Assembly (NCBI RefSeq): GCF_009834535.1
Contig: NC_045697.1
Span: 89,034,001 to 89,098,000 of the forward strand
Source: Camelus ferus
Lineage: Eukaryota
Reading direction: 5' to 3'
Length of the DNA stretch: 64,000 nt
In this document: piece by piece, positions 27,260 through 38,880 of the stretch
How positions within the stretch are numbered: the first letter of the stretch is position 1
Layout of the letters: each line of letters starts with the position of its first letter
Program-made: the position numbers and the translations under genes
Notes under the pieces: generated by a model
The model's input: only the letters and a program-made list of their open reading frames with translations
Databases searched by the model: none
Told to the model about the DNA's origin: nothing

Positions 27260-27885
27260 CTTTTAAAGACATCTCTGAGGTAGAATTATCAAGACTTTGT
27301 GACTGACTAGAAATGCAGGAGGAAAAAAGGCCAAACATTAGTACACATTTTCTAGTGTAGGACAACCAACACCATAACACCATAAACTGAAATAAGATAC
27401 TGAAAAGCTACGACTTTTTTTTTTTTTTTTGGAAGGGGAAGGAGCTAGTCGAGGGGAGGATATTTGATTTGTGATAACCGTGGCACATTTCGGAAGAGAC
27501 TGTCAGATGCAATGAAGCTCAGAAGAGAATCTGACATTAAAATATGAGATTATACATGAAGAGTGTATAGAAAAGGCCTCAAATTTTTGGAGGTTCATAG
27601 GCCTTTTGATATACTGATCAAATGTATGGACCTTCTGCCACAAAAAATAAACACCATAATCAGTGTTTATAGTCTCTATAATATCATTTAACATGGAACT
27701 CAAGTTAAAAAAAAACACAACTGAAACATGGAGAAAAATAATAGGAAAATACATATGAATAGTTTCTAAGAAGCCAAGAAAATAGAAGAAAAATATAGGA
27801 TTGCCAACACCACCAAATGCTACAGAAAAGCCACATAGGAAGATAGCTAAAATAGATTAGGTAAGTGTCTTACGAACAGTCTTTC

Positions 27886-27916
<31 letters not shown>

Positions 27917-28330
27917 GCTCAATCTACCATACTGCTTCTCAAATAATATTCTACAAGCCTCTGAATATTGGCATGGGGGCTACAGTGTGGTGAGTGATGA
28001 CTTAGGATTGAGAATCTGTAAGAACAGACCGCTTTTTTAGGAGTATCTCTGGTGACAGAAAAAAAGACAAATGGATTAAGGAATATAATTTAGTGGCAGC
28101 GTAGTGATTAATAACTGAGAGAGGAAAGATATCCATGGAGCAAGGTCTTGGAGGACTTTGGAGAGGATGGGCTCAAGCTCACAAGCAGAGGGGAGATCTT
28201 GCAGAAAAGTTAAAGATAGATGCTGGCACAAGGGGTAGGAAGCTCACAGGAGACAGGAAAGTCCTGGTGAGCACATTGGATGGGCTCAGTTTCCTCTGTA
28301 AATAAAGAAGAGGCTCATCGTTGTGGTTTT
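27260..28330 (-). mobile_element. L2 LINE remnants
   Basis: Decayed purine-rich L2-like blocks, e.g. aggtagaattatcaagactttgtgactgact and caaatgctacagaaaagcca. Confidence 0.45.
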
Positions 28331-28566
28331 GTACACAGAAGATCAAATCCAATATAATTTTTCTACAGCATTTCCTTTCCAATATAAACTGACTTGCTTT
28401 TAACATCATGAGGGTCAATTGTAAGAAGAGATAATAACACCATCTGTACTTCCAAACCCTCAAATATCCTTCAGTGTCACAAAAGACACATCTCAGATTT
28501 ATTCTGGCAGTTTATGCCATAAGGGAACTTATTAGGCGATGGGATGGTAAGTCCTTTAGTTTCCCT

Positions 28567-28922
28567 TGTCTTAGTTTGGGCTTCTGTAATGAAGTACCAT
28601 TGACTGGGCGGTTTATCAACAACAGAAATTTATTTCTCACAGCTCTGGAGGCTGTAAGCCCAAGACGCAGCTGCCAGCGTGGGCCGGGTCTGCTAAGAAC
28701 CCTCTTCCAGGTCCAGGCTGCTGCCTTCTTACTGCATCCTCACACAGCAGAGAGAGAGCTAGCTCGCTCTCTGGCCACTTCTTACAAGGTCGTGAATCCT
28801 GTTCATGAGAGCTCCACCTCAGGACCTAAAACCTCTCAAAGTCCCCACCTCCAAATACCGTCACTGAACATTATATTTCATTGTATGCATTTTAGGAAGA
28901 CACAAACATTCAGTCCTTAACC
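28567..28922 (-). mobile_element. MLT1A-type MaLR solo LTR
   Basis: tgtcttagtttgggct...caacagaaatttatttctcacagctctggaggctg...ccccacctccaaatacc...gacacaaacattcagtcc. Confidence 0.88.
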
Positions 28923-28989
28923 CCTTGTCATAAGCAATTGTTCTGAGAGAATACCAAAGATCCTATTAGTCATATCAGGTCTATGTACA

Positions 28990-29540
28990 GTATCAAAGAT
29001 AAAACCGGACACTAGCTAAAGAGATAAGGGCAGATTTTAACCAGCAATATACTACTGCCATAGGGAAAGAGTCTAGTTTGATCTGGACTCAACTTCAATT
29101 TGTACAGAGGTGACTCAGAGTTTTAAAAGGAGAATGGGACAATAGGGAGGAGGGTGAATGGGGACTCAGTAGAGTCGAAGAAGCAAAATTTACCCAAAAA
29201 TGGGAAGGGGAGAGTCAGTCCACATGAAACTTGCCTGGGTTTGTTTTGTTAGCTGGCTCTTATCACAGTTAGGCTCCTCCCCTCGCACAGAGTCTGGGAG
29301 ACAGCGGCTCTTATCTTTAGGTGCTGGCTGGAACAAATAGTAAATTCTTCTGGCAGCCTTGAGTATTCTCAGATAGGCACTTTAAGGGGAAGGAGGTGGG
29401 GTAGGGTAGCCTAGGGTTATCGTAGAGATGTGGCCTTCAGTTGTTGGAAACGATGTTACTATTTTATTCAAGTCTTTACAGGCCAAGAAAGGGCTGAGAG
29501 GAACCTGCTGAGAGCTGGGTCAGAGAGAAAATCTTTATTA
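28990..29540 (-). mobile_element. ERV1 solo LTR (MER67-like)
   Basis: tcaaagataaaaccggacactag, tttgtacagaggtgact and ggctggaacaaatagtaaattcttctggcagccttgag match the recalled MER67A/B reverse complement. Confidence 0.7.
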
Positions 29541-31960
29541 GAGACTACTCCTGATTGTACCCGGGAAAAACAACCGCTACCAGTATCTACGTTTTTCTTT
29601 CAATGCCAATAACAGGACCTCCATACTGAGCCAGAATATTCAGTGCTCCTGTTTCTTTCAAATATTCCATAGTATCTCTTTTCTCATCTCTATAGTCTTA
29701 GAATTAAATCTTCAGCATCTGATTGGACCCCCTCTTTTTACTTTACACACTTCTTGTATTAATTTTTTTGGCAATTTCTGGAAGCTCTTCATCCATTTTA
29801 ATAAGATAAAAGATATGGCAGGTTTGCATGTGTAACAAAATAATTGGAGATGACCACTGAATGGGAAGAGGAAGATCACAAGATAACAAAAATCACAAGA
29901 GAATGGGAGGTAACTAGTATCCGTCGAGTATCAACAATGTGCTAGGTGCTGTGTGAGCTGCTTTATAAAATGTTTCCTTTGTTTCTAATAAAAGCTTAAT
30001 ATTACAAAGAAAGTAACACTCAGAAAGATAATTAATCTGTCAGAAATTACACAATTCATAAACAGCAAATGTTTAATTTTAAATCTGCATTAAAGAAAAA
30101 AAAATAGAATGCAACTTGTACTGTCTCCCAAGTGGCAGTCTAAAGCCTGCCTTAGTTTCCAGGTTCTGCAACGGACAGAAATGTATTATATTTGCCTGAA
30201 GTACTGAGAGAGGCACTGTGTTATACTGATATGCTTGGGTTTCTTCTTTATGATCAAGTTCAGATCCCTCACCTGAAAAGGGAAGGACATGTAGTCATAG
30301 GACAAACTCTCCCCATAATCTTTTTACAATAGCAAATGTACAGAGATACTTACTGGGTATGTTCTATTAGCTAACAAATCTCTAAACATTTAACTTTGAT
30401 TTAATCATGTACTTTTGCTGTATGTTCTTTCCACCATCATGACATTAAGATTAAAAACAAAATGACAAATATAGCAGAATTTATATACCTATGACTTCTT
30501 CCACATTCTGTACTTAAAATAGGCTACCACTTCCAAACTCCCAGGTTTTCAGCTTGTTAAAAGTTAAATTGCTCATATGATTCTCATCTGTATAGGAAAA
30601 ATTTAAAACTATTCCCTTTTATTATCCTTGGGAATAAGCCTAAGTAGTTCTTAGACTGAATAATAACTGTAGAACTGTTTGTTTTGGAATTCAGCTTAAT
30701 TCAACAAATATTTATTGAAAATCTATATTTGGAAAGCAGTGTGATTACCATTTAGAAGGTGGTGGTTCATTCTGAAATTTCATTTGAGGTTCTCTGATTT
30801 CTAGTTCTATTGTCCATTTCAAAGCTTAGGTAGGGGCAGCTTGATATACAAAGTGACAATCAGCTTTTATCCCTGCCAAGGTTTTAAGGGGAAAAAAGAT
30901 CTCTCGTAGCATTTGGGAATTACACAGCAACATCTGTGTGCTGGTATACCAAGTATGCAGTGAGTCTTGTTACATTGTTTTCTAAGCTAAGCACCCACTC
31001 AACAGTGACTGCCACAGATGGGAAGGATACATTGGCATCCACCCCTCCTAGTGTTTGGGTTTCTTCTTTGACTACTTATGTATTTTCCATGTAGCTCAGC
31101 TGCCAAATCTCACACCTAAAGGGTCAACCCTTCACTATATGTAGTTTAAGTAAAATTCCACAACTACTTCCAAACTGATGCCTATACCAAGGGATTTCCA
31201 GCCATTTGGAAAAAAAAGCTAGGGGGTAGACATATCATTTGGTGCTGTCTCGCTTACAAATTGCTCATACAGACTTGGGGAGACTTCCTCCACTTGCTAA
31301 TGACCAGCGCAGATCTTCTCAACTGGTTGTCACAAGCTTTTCATTCATTATATGATCCATGTTAATAACTGCCATATTTGTGAAAAAGGAACACAAGCCT
31401 CCAAAACAAGAATTTCTCCCCCAGCATTGCTGAGTTTTTCTATAGGGACAATTTCCTGCTGTCACACTGAATTGCCAAAAAAAAAAATGATCTCAAGTTA
31501 AAATAGCTTTCATAGTCAATGCAAATGCACAGAACCACCTGGCACTGACTTTGCCTCAATCCCTTGAAAGAAATAACAGGGGAGATGTAAATCCAGCACC
31601 AATGTAATGCTAAGCAACACGAGCTAAAAAGGAAAAGACATACTTTCCACTTTATTCTTGTTATGCTTTTAGAGCGCTTGTGAAAAGACGTAGGTCAGGC
31701 AGCCTAGTCTTGGGTTTCAATACGCACTTCAGCAAATTTAATGATTTGTGTGTGGCAGTGACCCATTTTACTTGTAAATGTTTTTGTTTACCCAAAAAAT
31801 TATGTATCTTGCTCCATCAAACAGAGAACCTTATGGGAGACCTATTTACAAGAAATTATGAATAATAATTAGAAACTCCACTCACATTATCTTCAGAGCC
31901 TTTTTAGGGGTTGATAAATTTCTAGACCAAACCCCTGAGATGTATTCAAGCTATTGGATT

Positions 31961-31980
31961 TTTTTTTTTTTTTGCAAATG

Positions 31981-32025
<45 letters not shown>

Positions 32026-32253
32026 TTAATTGAAGTATAGTCAATTTACAATGCTGTGTTAATTTCTAGTGTACAGCATAGTGATTCATTTACACATACA
32101 TATATGTATTCCTTTTCATATTCTTTTTCATTATAGGCCATTACAAGGTACTGAATATAGTTCCCTATGTTATACAGTAGGACCTTGCTGTTTATCTATT
32201 TTATGTATAGTAATTACTATCTGCAAATCTCAAACTTTCAATTTATCCCTCCC
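31961..32253 (-). mobile_element. 5'-truncated L1 3' end whose tail contains (TA)n and poly(T); 15-bp TSD
   Basis: ttgaagtatagtcaatttacaat...atagttccctatgttatacagtaggaccttg. TSD tcaagctattggatt at 31946-31960 and 32279-32293. Confidence 0.9.
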
Positions 32254-34334
32254 CAAGCTTTGGGATTGAATATATCCCTCAAGCTATTGGATTGAATAAA
32301 ATAAGAATAATAAAAACAAAAAGTGAGAAATAAAAGATGAATTGTGGCTAAGTACCCACAACATGCCAGGGATTGTGTTGTGTATTTGGCAGACATTATC
32401 TCATATAGTCATAGATAATAGGAACTTATAAATTGCTTCTAGCTGATTTATGTATAACATGTGAGTGGCTGGGAAAACTAACAATTAAATTTGTTTTACT
32501 TGGGTACAGCAGTCACAGACACGCTTGGGGAAGTACAAAGGGATGAAAGACTATGAAGGCTAATGACTCATTTCCTTATTTATTTTTCTCCCACAAAGAC
32601 AAAGAGAGGAGAAAAGAGAAGTATAGAGCAGAAAAAGGGGAAAAAGGAATCACTTTGCCAAATATTTTTAAAATACTTTGCTGGTCAACCTATAGTAACT
32701 AGAGGAGAAGCTAAGTGTTAACTCTCATGTAGTTCTTGGCTTTGCTGAATGGTTATGCTAGATGGAAAATTTTCACCTCTTACCCCATTTCTATTTGTTC
32801 TTGAACCAGATGGAGACACCTGGTCAACCTAAACTCTGCTGTTTTGTTTTTGTTTTCGTTGCTTATTTTGTCTTGTATATTTTGAACAGATTATGTCTTA
32901 ATATTTAGCAGATTGACTTATTTCAATAGAGTCTAATTATATTATTATGTATTAACATTAGAGGTTTTCTGTGAAGACTCTGAAGTCATACTCACGTTAC
33001 CCTAATCCACCAAATTGTGTCTCATCTGCTCTCAATATTTCAGGTAATTTTTGACGACTATAATTCTTTCTTAAGTATCTCTAGGGAATTATTTGATTAA
33101 CTAAAGATTCTCCCTTCTTCTGGTGATTTCAGAAAAGAAATACCTTGAGCCTAAACAGGAGTAAAACCCAAAATATTCTCTGGTCATAACCATAAAATAA
33201 TTCTTCAGAAACAGTGGTGATTTCTAAATACAGCAGAGTTAATTTGTTTTCAAAAACAGTGTCTGGAGAAGAAAGAGGAGAAAGATGAAGAGGGGATGAA
33301 ACAAAAGGAAAAAGAAATATACCACAATATCCATGTGAGTCCTGGGGTTAATATAGTTCTTCCCTGCAGTTACCATGCTGTAAAATGAAGGAGAGGAATA
33401 CAGGCGGTCACTGTGGAAAGACTTAAATTCCTCATAGATCAGAACTCTGAGAGCAGAAGCTCATGACTAAATTCCTCAGAGTAACTTATATCTGCAAAAG
33501 AACACTTCTTCCAAAAATTCTTGATTTAGTGATCAAAAATAAACCAACTGTAGACTTAAAATAATATTTCTCTGGGAGGCAATTAGACCAAATCTTATTA
33601 CTTAAGATGACAAGTGAAGCTTAAATTTTGCTGTTTTTGATGAAACATACCTTAGATAAAATGGTAGTGCAAGTAAAATTTTTAAAATATTATAAAAATA
33701 CTATTTGACCTAACAATTAGTTTAAAACTAAAATTTACCAGTAATTTTGAAGGCCCCAGTATGTCACTCTTTGATCAAATTCTCTTACTTCTTCCCTTAA
33801 AAGTTAATATTCTCTTGGGTACTTAACTAACCATTCTCTAATTTACTTTTATTTTATTATGTACATATATATCCCTGAAAAACTTATGGTTTAGTTTTCC
33901 CTATTTTGTGTTACATAAAGACAAATATTTCATTTTCGTTCTGTGATTTTGTTGTTTCATATATTATTATTTTTAAATATTAATAATTTGAGGTATATGT
34001 AATTGGGCTGTGTAGAGCTTTGCTGCAATGATATAATAACCTTATTTACCTATTATACTATTGACAGACATTTGGGCTGTTAAGTCTTTGCTAATAAAAA
34101 GATGATGTTATATACATTATAATAAACATCTTCTGGACATACATGTGCAAGAATTTTCTGAGTACGTATTTGGGAGTAGAATTTCTGGAACATAATGTAA
34201 GCAAATACCAAACTTTGTTAAGTTATGCCAAACTATTTTGCAATTGGTTGTACTAGTTTATACTCCTACCAGTAACTTGATGTTTCTTGTTTCCTCTTGT
34301 AAGATTTCTATGTCTGTCTTTATTTTTTAATATA

Positions 34335-34468
34335 ATTTTAATATTAAAATTTTTTTTCTTTCTAGGTAATTAGGTTTACTTATTTATTTATTTTTAATGG
34401 CGGTACTGGGGATTAAACCCAGGACCCTGTGCATGCTAAGCAGGCACTCTACCACTGAGCATTCCCCA
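34335..34468 (-). mobile_element. Vic-1-type SINE
   Basis: ggtactggggattaaacccaggaccctgtgcatgctaagcaggcactctaccactgagc. Confidence 0.9.
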
Positions 34469-34704
34469 CTAATTCATTTTTTTAATGAGATTTAATCTCT
34501 GATATATAGTTATGGATTACATTTATGAATATTAATTCTTAATTGGTATATGTCATGCATATATCTTCTCGAAAATTATGTGGCTTGTCTTTATATTCCT
34601 TTTTTCATGTCTAATGATACATAGACCTTCTTAATTTTAATGTAGTCAAATTAATCTTTTTTATGATTTGTACTGTCAAATCTCTGTTTAAGAATTCACT
34701 TTCT

Positions 34705-34766
34705 GCACTGTGCTGTACACCAGAAATTGACACATTTTAAACTGACTAGATTTCAATAAAAAAAAA
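34705..34766 (+). mobile_element. Ultra-short (about 60 bp) L1 3' end with poly(A) and TSD
   Basis: tgctgtacaccagaaattgacacattttaaactgactagatttcaataaaaaaaaa flanked by aagaattcactttct (34690-34704) and aagaattcattttcc (34767-34781). Confidence 0.85.
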
Positions 34767-35363
34767 AAGAATTCATTTTCCATCCCAGAGGTCTTAAAGA
34801 TGTTTTTCTATATTGCCAACTAAATGTTTTAAAAGTTTTACCTCAGACAATTGTCTTTATTTTACCTTAATTTTTGTGTATTTGTGCACAGTGGGAATTA
34901 AGTATTCATTTTTCTTTTTTTCCACATGTAAATGTAATTTTGACAGACTGTATATTAAATAGCCCATCTGCTCCCCACTATATTGTTCCTTCCGTCATAA
35001 ATTGTATACATAGGACAGCCTATTTCTAAGCTTTCATAAGTCCCCATGTTGAATAACACATTGTCATAATTACTATGCTGTTAGTGTAAGTGTTATTATC
35101 TGACAGGGCAAGTTATCCCATTTTCTTCTTCAAAGAGTCTTCGGACTATATTTGGGCCTTTTTTTCTTCTACATACATTTTATATAAATGTGTCGAGTGC
35201 ATCCCCGCAAAAAACTTACTTGAGATTTTGATTTGAATTACATTGGTTATATTGATCAATTTGGGTAAAACTGACATCTTTATAATATTTAGCAAAATAT
35301 GCAAAAGAACATGGTATAGCTTTTGATTTAGTTAGGTATTTTTATTATTTACCTATCTATCTA

Positions 35364-35740
35364 TTTTTTAACTGAGGTATAGTTAATGTTTGATATAATT
35401 TTCAGGTGTACAACATAGTGATTCACAATTTTTGAAGGTTATATTCCTCCTATAGTCATCATAAAATATTGGCTCTATTCCCTCTGTTGTACTGCCTATC
35501 CTCGTATCTTATTTATTTTATACATAGTAGTCTGTACCTTTTTTTTTCTTTCTTTTTTTTAACAAGCTCTGTTCAGAGTTCTTTTTTGGGGGCGGGTAAC
35601 TAGGCTTATTTATTTATGTATTTAATAGAGGTAGTGGGGTTGGACCCAGGACCTCGTGCATGCTAAGCATGTGCTCAACCACTGAGCTATATTCTTCCAC
35701 CGTTAGTAGCTTGTACCTCTTAATCCCTCGTCCCTAACCT
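35364..35740 (-). mobile_element. L1 3'UTR fragment (L1MA9/L1_Art-like) split by a Vic-1 SINE
   Basis: ttcaggtgtacaacatagtgattcac...ataaaatattggctctattccct...tatacatagtag, resuming at ttgtacctcttaatccc. Confidence 0.8.
35540..35703 (-). mobile_element. Vic-1-type SINE with 15-bp TSD
   Basis: cccaggacctcgtgcatgctaagcatgtgctcaaccactgagctata. TSD tagtagtctgtacct (35525-35539) and tagtagcttgtacct (35704-35718). Confidence 0.92.
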
Positions 35741-36544
35741 AAAAATATCAGGTAATTTTAATAACTGAATGAAGTTTTATATTTTCCTTTATAAAGGAGA
35801 TATTAACTATTTGTTAGACATAATTCCACATACTTTACATATGATTTAAATGGCATCTTGATTTATAAATATATTTGAACTGATAGTTGATTATGTAAAA
35901 AATAGACTGATTTGTAAATATTAATGCTTTATTCAGATTATTTGTAAATAATAACAATTTGCTTCGTCTTTTCAGTCCTTACATCTTTTGTTTCTTTTGT
36001 ATTGCTGTATCTTTGTGAACTTCCAGTATGATGCTTTGTAGACATGAAAATAACTGGTATCTCTAAATTGTTAATGATTTTAAAGGGAACAGATTCAACA
36101 GTTTACCTTGAAGTACAGTGTTTGTTATGGCTTTCTTGTACATACCTCTCATCAAGTTAAGAAAATTCCTCTCTTTATGTGCACTCTTACCTATTTGACA
36201 AGAGAAATAAACTTGAACAACCTGTTTATTATATTCTTTAATTTATAACATTATTACTTTATTCTATTTGTTCACACTTAACCTTTGATTCTTGAAGATG
36301 CATATAAAGTAAGTAGGTAACAACTCCTTGGAAATTTGAAAAATAGCCATAGGGCATGTAATCCAACTCAAGTTAATCTTTAAGTGAGTCAGTGAAATAG
36401 AACCCTTAACATTTCTGTGTCACAGAGGGGGCATGAGGAATCTTTTGCTCCAGAGGGTGAAGGACTTTTTTAGTACAGAAGAAAGACCACAATCCCCATG
36501 TGGTTACATGTGCACCGTTAACTGAAAGGCAAAGTTAACTAACA

Positions 36545-36730
36545 TTACCTGATGCTTCATATTTATGGGTTAAAATTCCCCTTATATTCTGTGATATTAT
36601 CTCCATTTTTCAGATGAGCAAGAAGCAAATGTTTAGTTATGTGACTTTACCAATGTCACATGATGTAGAGACAGGACAGAGGAAGAAGTCAATCTTACTG
36701 TATGTAATCCTTTGTCCTTCCTACACTGCT
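36545..36730 (-). mobile_element. MIR remnant
   Basis: attatctccatttttcagatgagcaagaag...gttatgtgactttaccaatgtcaca. Confidence 0.65.
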
Positions 36731-37509
36731 ATATAGTTGACTTCTCCATGTATTTGATTCTGACTTCGAAAGATTACTTTTAGAGAAAGGAAGGACATTT
36801 ATTGAATTCTTACATAAAATCTGTGTCTGAATTGATTTGATTAATGAGAGTAAAATGGAGTTTCTGTAATATTTTACGAAATGTATCTAATTCTGTAAGT
36901 TCTTACATTCTCCGTCATTCATCATCTAAGGCATTTGCTTCAAATCTAAAATTCTCTCACAAGCTCCTCCTGATGTCAGTTCTGCAAACTGTTACTTTAT
37001 GAAGCGAAATTGTTCTTTTTCACTCTGCAAGTCAGATGAGAAGCAGCTTGTCATCTTCTGGTGCAGAAGCAGAACTTCTGTGTGATGATCCCTGACTAAC
37101 CATGTCTGGGAAGCACCCAAGCAGTTTGGCAGTCTCTTCAGTCTCGCTGAGTCAGAGGCTGAGATGCGTCTGGACAAATCATTCTCTGCATGTGGCTGAC
37201 CCTCATCTTTAAGCCATTTAAATATTCCTAGCTTACTGAGAGATTTCATAAGACATAAAAGATGTTGCCCAACTCTATTCTTCTCGAGGACTCCATTCAC
37301 CTATCCACTCAATTCTAGGGACACTGAAACCAAAATGAAGTATTTTGAATTCTTTGTAAGTTTTTAAATCTTATATCAAAATAACAGTATCTTCATTATA
37401 TTTATAGACTATGTGCATCTGTATTAAATATCATTTATAGTGTAATATTCTTTATGTTGTTATACTAAAAATAATGATATTATTATTGTCATATTTCTTC
37501 ACGTAGGAC

Positions 37510-38148
37510 TGATGCAGGAAAAATGGATGTGGGGCGTGAGGAGGGCCGTGTCCCAGATTTTGGATGAGCCCCTAGGATGTGCCCCGTAAAGTGTGGGTCC
37601 TTGGCTTCATGCAGACAAGAATTCAAGAGCGAGCCACAGTTGAGTGAAGGAAGATTTATTCAGAGAGACACATTGAAAGGCAAGAGAAAGGCCATGAGGT
37701 GTGGGGTTTGGGTGCTCAAATTAGAGTAAAAGTAGGTACACAGTCCATAGAGAGAACACGGGCTGTCTCCGAAGAGGGAGAGAGAGAGGGCAGAGGCCAC
37801 CAGGTGCTGTGTTGCCAGTTTTAATAGCCTCAGTGGCTTCATATGCTAATAAGTGGAAGGACCAGTCTAACTAGTCTGGGGAAGGGGCTGGGATTCCCAG
37901 GAAGTTGGCCATTTCCCACCCTTTGACCTTTTGTGGCTAGCCTTGGGACTGCCATGGCGCCTGTGGGCATGTTATTCACCATGCTAATATATTACAGTGG
38001 GTGTATTATGAAGCTCAAGGTCTATTAGAAGTCAAATCTTCCACCATCTTGAGCCTCAAGACCTACTGGGGGTTGAATCTTCCACCATTTTGATGTTAAC
38101 TGTTGTATTATTCCTTGAATGGCTATGCCCTGCCCTCTTCCTGTCTCA
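37510..38148 (-). mobile_element. Well-preserved ERV1-class solo LTR (639 bp)
   Basis: TG...CA ends and a 4-bp TSD ggac/ggat. AATAAA on the minus strand near 37655-37660. ccttggcttcatgcagacaagaattcaagagcgagccacag is a U5-type block. Confidence 0.85.
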
Positions 38149-38735
38149 GGATCACATATTCCAGAGCCAGGAATTAACCATAGGTTGGTTATCCATAAAC
38201 TCCTAACTACTGAATGTTTTAAACAAATGCTTTATATAAATATTGCTCTCAATTCATCATTATTTTACTTTGACATCTTAAAAAATTTTTTAACATAAAC
38301 CGAACTTTATTTTTTAAGACTTTTTAAAATAAAGTTTTCTCTATAGACTGGTACAGGCGAATCAGACTAGTATGGCCGTGTTGGTTGCCACTTTCAGTGC
38401 CATGATTATAAGGATGCTCACGTGATTTAGAACAAGTGCCTGCCACTGAGAGGAGGGGATCTCAGAGCACAGAATCTTCCCACAGTGGTTCAGAAACATC
38501 ACTCTGGTACGTGACAATTAGTGCATACATATGACTCATATATTCGTTTAAATAAAACTTTTGAGAGGACTTTTCTATTCTTGCCCTGTTCAGATTGTAG
38601 TTTTATCTTTATGTGGTTGTTTTGGTCCTGAAAACAGTTCACTAAGAGGAATGCTGTCTGGAATTTTCAGCCTATTTTATGTACAAGACTATTTTAAGTA
38701 CAGGTTTTCAATTCAGTTAAAATACCTGAAAAAAA

Positions 38736-38880
38736 GGGGGGAGGAGGGTATAGCTCAGTGGTAAAGCACACACTTAGCATGCACAATGTCCTGGGTTCAA
38801 TCCCCAGTATCTCTGTTAAAAAAAAAATAAATGAAATAGGTAAATAAATAAGTCCAATTACCTTCCTCTCCCCAAAAAAT
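38736..38880 (+). mobile_element. Vic-1-type SINE
   Basis: ggagggtatagctcagtggtaaagcacacacttagcatgcacaatgtcctgggttcaatccccagta followed by an A-rich tail with caattacct. Confidence 0.93.

Larger units (their letters stand above)
33640..36240 (-). mobile_element. Ancient L1M (L1ME/MD-like ORF2 and 3'UTR), host to several younger insertions
   Basis: T-rich antisense L1 blocks ttgacagacatttgggctg, ggagtagaatttctgg, ttcttaattttaatgtagtcaaattaatc and gatcaatttgggtaaaactgacatctttataatatt. Confidence 0.75.

Noticed and set aside
28474..28920. Longest ORF in the track (148 aa)
   Set aside because: It lies mostly within an MLT1A LTR and starts at GTG.
32990..33080. Minus-strand exon encoding RYLRKNYSRQKLPEILRADETQFGGLG with a nearby GTGAGT donor
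   Set aside because: The acceptor is weak (aattccctag), the peptide is unrecognised and there is no supporting partner exon.
36992..37300. 102-aa minus-strand ORF
   Set aside because: Non-ATG start, no recognisable domain and no convincing splice sites. The AP-1/ARE-like word at 37146-37154 is weak evidence alone.
38740..38812. tRNA gene (A and B boxes, tRNA-Ala-like)
   Set aside because: It is followed by the SINE A-rich tail, has three diverged siblings in the window and a degenerate cloverleaf, so it is a Vic-1 SINE head.
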